Of a stretch of 30,309 nucleotides of DNA, positions 26,850-30,309 are shown piece after piece (positions within the stretch are counted from its first letter, which is position 1; the number at the start of each line of letters is the position of its first letter). The notes under the pieces were generated by a model. That model was given only the letters and a program-made list of their open reading frames with translations. It searched no databases and was not told the DNA's origin. The stretch comes from an uncultured Verrucomicrobiae bacterium (GTDB taxonomy: Bacteria > Verrucomicrobiota > Verrucomicrobiia > Limisphaerales > JAFGQR01), in the NCBI GenBank assembly GCA_963788655.1, contig CAWBHS010000112.1:1-30309 (forward strand). Reading direction: 5' to 3'. The position numbers and the translations under genes were made by a program.

Positions 26850-27342
26850 TTGTTGTTCCCGGGCGAGCTTCGCATGTTCCCAACGCTGGCGCGAGGTTCA
26901 GCAGGCTATTGGGTAATGTGGCCCCAGTGTGAGGAGCTGTACGACTGGCGCATTGATGCTTTCGCATGGACGACGACTTCCAAATCCGCAAGTAACCTGC
27001 ATTCTCTGGAGATTGGTCATTCATGAACCGAAATAATTGGCGATTACGCCCCCTTTGTTGCTCGTGTGGCACCAGGGCCTGATCAGGCGGCTTGTCGCCA
27101 ACTACTTTGTGCATTCGCGTTCTCAGCGAGAACGCCCTCAGCGCCAGATAACCACTGATTTCCAAACTTGAAAACGGCTCATGGTTCCGCCATGTCGGAC
27201 CGCTTTTAAACAGTGATATTCACTTGAAAAAACACGCCAGTTAAGCCTAGTATGGCTGATTGCTCCAAGCACTGAGAACGCTACGATTACGAACAATGTT
27301 TTTCAAGGTTGTGCGCAACATGGGATTTACGTTGGAGCGGGG

Positions 27343-28824
27343 GTGGAACTTAACCAATTACACATTCTCAACAACACGTTCATCGATTGCTCGGACCTGG
27401 ATTACGCCGTCGTGTACTGCAACGGGGCGCCGCCGAGTTCCATTCGCAACGGTTGGATCGAAGCGAACAGTTTTCAAGACACCCGCCGCCCGCCACAAAG
27501 CAAGGGTTTGTATCTGAACGCCTGCAATGATTTTGTTGTCGGCGGGAACTCTTACTGCAATCTGCTGGCCGATATGACGACGCAAGCTGGCACGGTAATG
27601 ACGTATCCCGACCAGACGAATACCGCTGCGACCGTCACGATTCTGCAGCCCGTGTCGGATCATCTCAGCGTCCAAGGACCGACCAATCTACTCGTTATCG
27701 CTGAGGTGGCCGATCCCGAAGGAGTCCGGGATGTGTCGCTTATCGTTGATGGACGCGAAGTGGATCGAGTCAGTGAGTCACCCTGGTGGCTGAATTGGCC
27801 GGGCGTTGTTTCAGGCACCCACTCAGCCGTCGTCCGGGTAACTGATCCATGCGGCGCGGTCTCGGATTCGTCCCCGCTGGCGCTTGAGGTTAGCGTGTCT
27901 GCGGCAACGGCGGCGGCGGAATTTATTGCCCTCGACCCATACACGCAGGGAACCTGGAAAGGAAGTTATGGTGTTGACGGGCAAGTCGTGGTGGGGGACC
28001 AGACGAATCTGCCAATTTATGCACAGTTACACCTGACCGATCTGGCCCATTTTACCTGGAAAGAGAATAGCAGTAGCTCATTCGCGCCCGAACGCGTCGC
28101 TGCCGACGGGCGCACCGAGCAGTGTTGGTATTCAGCACCAACCAACACGCTGATGTTTGAATTCACTGACGGACTCTCTCACCGTGTCGCGATCTACGCG
28201 TTTGATCCGGATCATGTTCGCTCCCAGCGTTTCGACCTTTACGACGCGACCACCGGACAACTCCTGGACACGCGGTTGATGGAAGACTTTTCGGCGGGCC
28301 AATACCTCGTTTGGAACCTCAAGGGCCACGTGACAATCAAGGTATCTCCGGTTGCTGGCGCCAATGCTGTTATCAACGCCCTTTTCTTCAGTCCAGCAGT
28401 CGAATTTCAAGCCTGGCGCGCCACGCATTTTACGGCCTTTCAACTGACCACACCTGAATGGAGCGGTCCCAGCGCTGATCCGGACGGCGATGGGCTCTGC
28501 AATGCCGCAGAATATGCTCTCGGTTTTCAGCCGCTGGTGCCGGATCCATTCGGGCATCCGCAGGCCCGCATCGAAAACGACTCCTTGCTGGTGACCTTCT
28601 CGCGGCTCAAGGGCGCACACGACATCGCACTTAGCCTGCAGCCCTTCACCTCGATCATCCCTCCTGTGCCTTCTGATGGCACATTCGAAACAGTGTCGGT
28701 TGAGGACCTGGGACTTCGTCAAATGGTTACCATGCGGGCCAGTTGGCATCCCCACAACAACGGCAACATGTTCGTTAAAATACAGGCGGTTTTATCCACC
28801 ATTTCGCCAGATTCATCGCAATGA
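27343..28824 (+). CDS. Secreted-type multidomain protein (beta-helix tail, Ig-like domain, TQG.WKG.YG.DG domain, DPDGDG motif); likely 5'-truncated
   Basis: The frame is open from 27217 with beta-helix-like ATITNNVFQGCAQHGIYVGAG upstream of the first GTG, and there is no signal peptide. Ig-like VTILQP..VADPEGVRDVSLIVDG..GTHSAVVRVTD; DPYTQGTWKGSYGVDG; ADPDGDGLCNAAEYALG. Confidence 0.7.
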   Translation: MELNQLHILNNTFIDCSDLDYAVVYCNGAPPSSIRNGWIEANSFQDTRRPPQSKGLYLNACNDFVVGGNSYCNLLADMTTQAGTVMTYPDQTNTAATVTILQPVSDHLSVQGPTNLLVIAEVADPEGVRDVSLIVDGREVDRVSESPWWLNWPGVVSGTHSAVVRVTDPCGAVSDSSPLALEVSVSAATAAAEFIALDPYTQGTWKGSYGVDGQVVVGDQTNLPIYAQLHLTDLAHFTWKENSSSSFAPERVAADGRTEQCWYSAPTNTLMFEFTDGLSHRVAIYAFDPDHVRSQRFDLYDATTGQLLDTRLMEDFSAGQYLVWNLKGHVTIKVSPVAGANAVINALFFSPAVEFQAWRATHFTAFQLTTPEWSGPSADPDGDGLCNAAEYALGFQPLVPDPFGHPQARIENDSLLVTFSRLKGAHDIALSLQPFTSIIPPVPSDGTFETVSVEDLGLRQMVTMRASWHPHNNGNMFVKIQAVLSTISPDSSQ

Positions 28825-29052
28825 TCATGGGGGTGACTTTGGACCACAATTCCAAGAGCCAACCCAGCACCGTCACCTTGCTTTCCACGGTGTTCGGCAA
28901 GTCCAAACACACGTGATCAAATTTGCCGATCCTTCCAGACATTTGCAGCACACTGTACAATCCTGACTTATAACCATGGACTGGCTGCTGCCGATCGCAA
29001 ATGGCGTCATCCATATCGTGCTGGGCGCAAAATGGGGGGCATGAAAGGGGGA

Positions 29053-30309
29053 TCACGCCACGCTACGAAACATGAACCGGCTCCAACTGGTTTCCAGGCT
29101 TCTGGCCCCGGCAATAAGCCAGTACCAATAATTGAACAAGACCCCGGCCGCCAATGGTCCGATCACGAACGCTCCCAGCCCCAGCGACGTCCAATGAATG
29201 AGGCTTAAGACCAATCCCAGGCTGAAGACGTTGGTGGCCACGGTGGGCCACAACGAGGGGATGCGATTCTCCATGGAGAGCAGCGTGGTCCAAAACGTAA
29301 ACTGCATTTCCAAAAAACTATTGCTTCCCAGCACGACCAACCACACGGTAGGCAACATCCGTTTGTCGGTGCTGAGCCATTCCAGAAAGACCGGTCCAAA
29401 CCCAATGGCCGAAGCGGCCAGAATTATGAAGGTGCCGATTTGGAGCCAGACACGAGGCCGCAACATGCGGCGCAATCCCCCCACATCATTGCGAGTGCGA
29501 TATTGGCCGACCTGTGGCCATTTCACTTGCGACCAAACCAGTGACATCCCCTGCGCCAACTGGATCACCTGCACCGAGAGACCATATTCCGCATTGGCCG
29601 TCAGCCCGAACACCTGCGAGCAGATCAGCACGTTCACATAGGTCGTAAAGTAACTGCTGAAATACTGAAGACCGGTCCGCCAACTCGTCGGCCAGAGGAT
29701 GGCCAATAGCGGATTGAGGCGGCCGGTTTCTGATTCCATCTGGGTGGCCGGCGATCAACCGCAAACAAGCACTCCGCGACAGCCAACGCTGCAGGATCCC
29801 GGCCACCAGGCCGCCGATGGGCACGCTAAGCAGAGCCGGCGCCGCAGGCGAGGAGCGCTCGCCGCCAGCACCAGTTTGACCGCATAAGCCAGCACGGCCA
29901 ATCGGGTGCTCAACAGCACTTCGTTCATGCCCCGCAGGAACACCGTCCACCACCCGGCATACAGCTCCCAAGCCGCCGCCGCCAGCGTGATGCCCCAAGC
30001 CAGCCAGGTGATCCCGGGATGGCTGGTTTCCCCGCCCCGCATAGCGACCATGATGGTGCCGAAAGAGCCAAGCACGCCGGTGGCAATCAGGGCGAGGATA
30101 CTATAAAGACGATGGGTGGCGCGCAGCAATTGCCACAGCAACGGATAATTCGGTTCTTTGGCATCCTCGTGCACCGTGAGCCCCAATCCTTTGAGTTCGC
30201 GCGCGCCGCCCATGGCGTAGCTGACGTGCCGACCGATGCTGATCGAAAAGCCGAAGTCAACAATGGGCAGCAGCGCGCTCAGACTCAAAAAGATGTAGTA
30301 CATGCCCAA
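29053..30309 (-). CDS. Wzx-like polysaccharide (O-unit) flippase; N-terminus outside the window, about 3 frameshifts at 29740-29860
   Basis: LGMYYIFLSLSALLPIVDFGFSISIGRHVSYAMGG (MOP-family N-terminal motif), many TM segments and AEYGLSVQVI..MS.VW.QVKWP. Pieces lie in ORFs 29755..30309, 29486..29998 and 29053..29739. Confidence 0.8.

Noticed and set aside
26629..27165. Possible RAYT transposase next to the REP copy
   Set aside because: The frames I read show no HUH (H-hydrophobic-H) or catalytic Tyr motif.
28775..29056. 93-aa ORF overlapping the flippase stop
   Set aside because: The GTGA coupling is suggestive, but there is no recognisable motif and it overlaps the convergent gene's 3' end, so I cannot support it.

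Overview
GC-rich bacterial window. Gene style, secreted proteins rich in Asn-X-Thr motifs and the intergenic repeat types suggest Verrucomicrobiota (inference). In order: clpX (runs off the left edge) and clpP; a BlaI/MecI/CopY-type repressor with its TACA-N2-TGTA operator and an M56 (BlaR1-like) protease whose sensor region looks like a Wzc/GumC coiled coil plus a Wza-type SLBB domain; argH, an rfaE/hldE-type heptose kinase and thiG, all broken by clustered frameshifts that are most likely long-read or polishing errors; a URO-D/MtaA-family protein; a ferritin-like (DUF455-type) di-iron domain fused to an ATP-grasp domain; a partly decayed cassette of two LbH acyltransferases, two paralogous glycosyltransferase-like proteins, a Trm112-like stub and a GT4 fragment; a ~900-aa surface protein with four Cys-rich repeats; a TPMT-like methyltransferase divergent from a TolC-MFP-RND efflux operon; a 5'-truncated secreted protein; and a frameshifted Wzx-like flippase that runs off the right edge. 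Intergenic DNA is full of REP-like palindromes and short tandem repeats. I saw no rRNA, tRNA, CRISPR array or transposase. The best candidates for new biology are the BlaI/M56-Wzc-SLBB sensor, the di-iron/ATP-grasp fusion and the paired GT-like/acyltransferase cassette. All domain calls come from motif recognition by eye, not from database searches.
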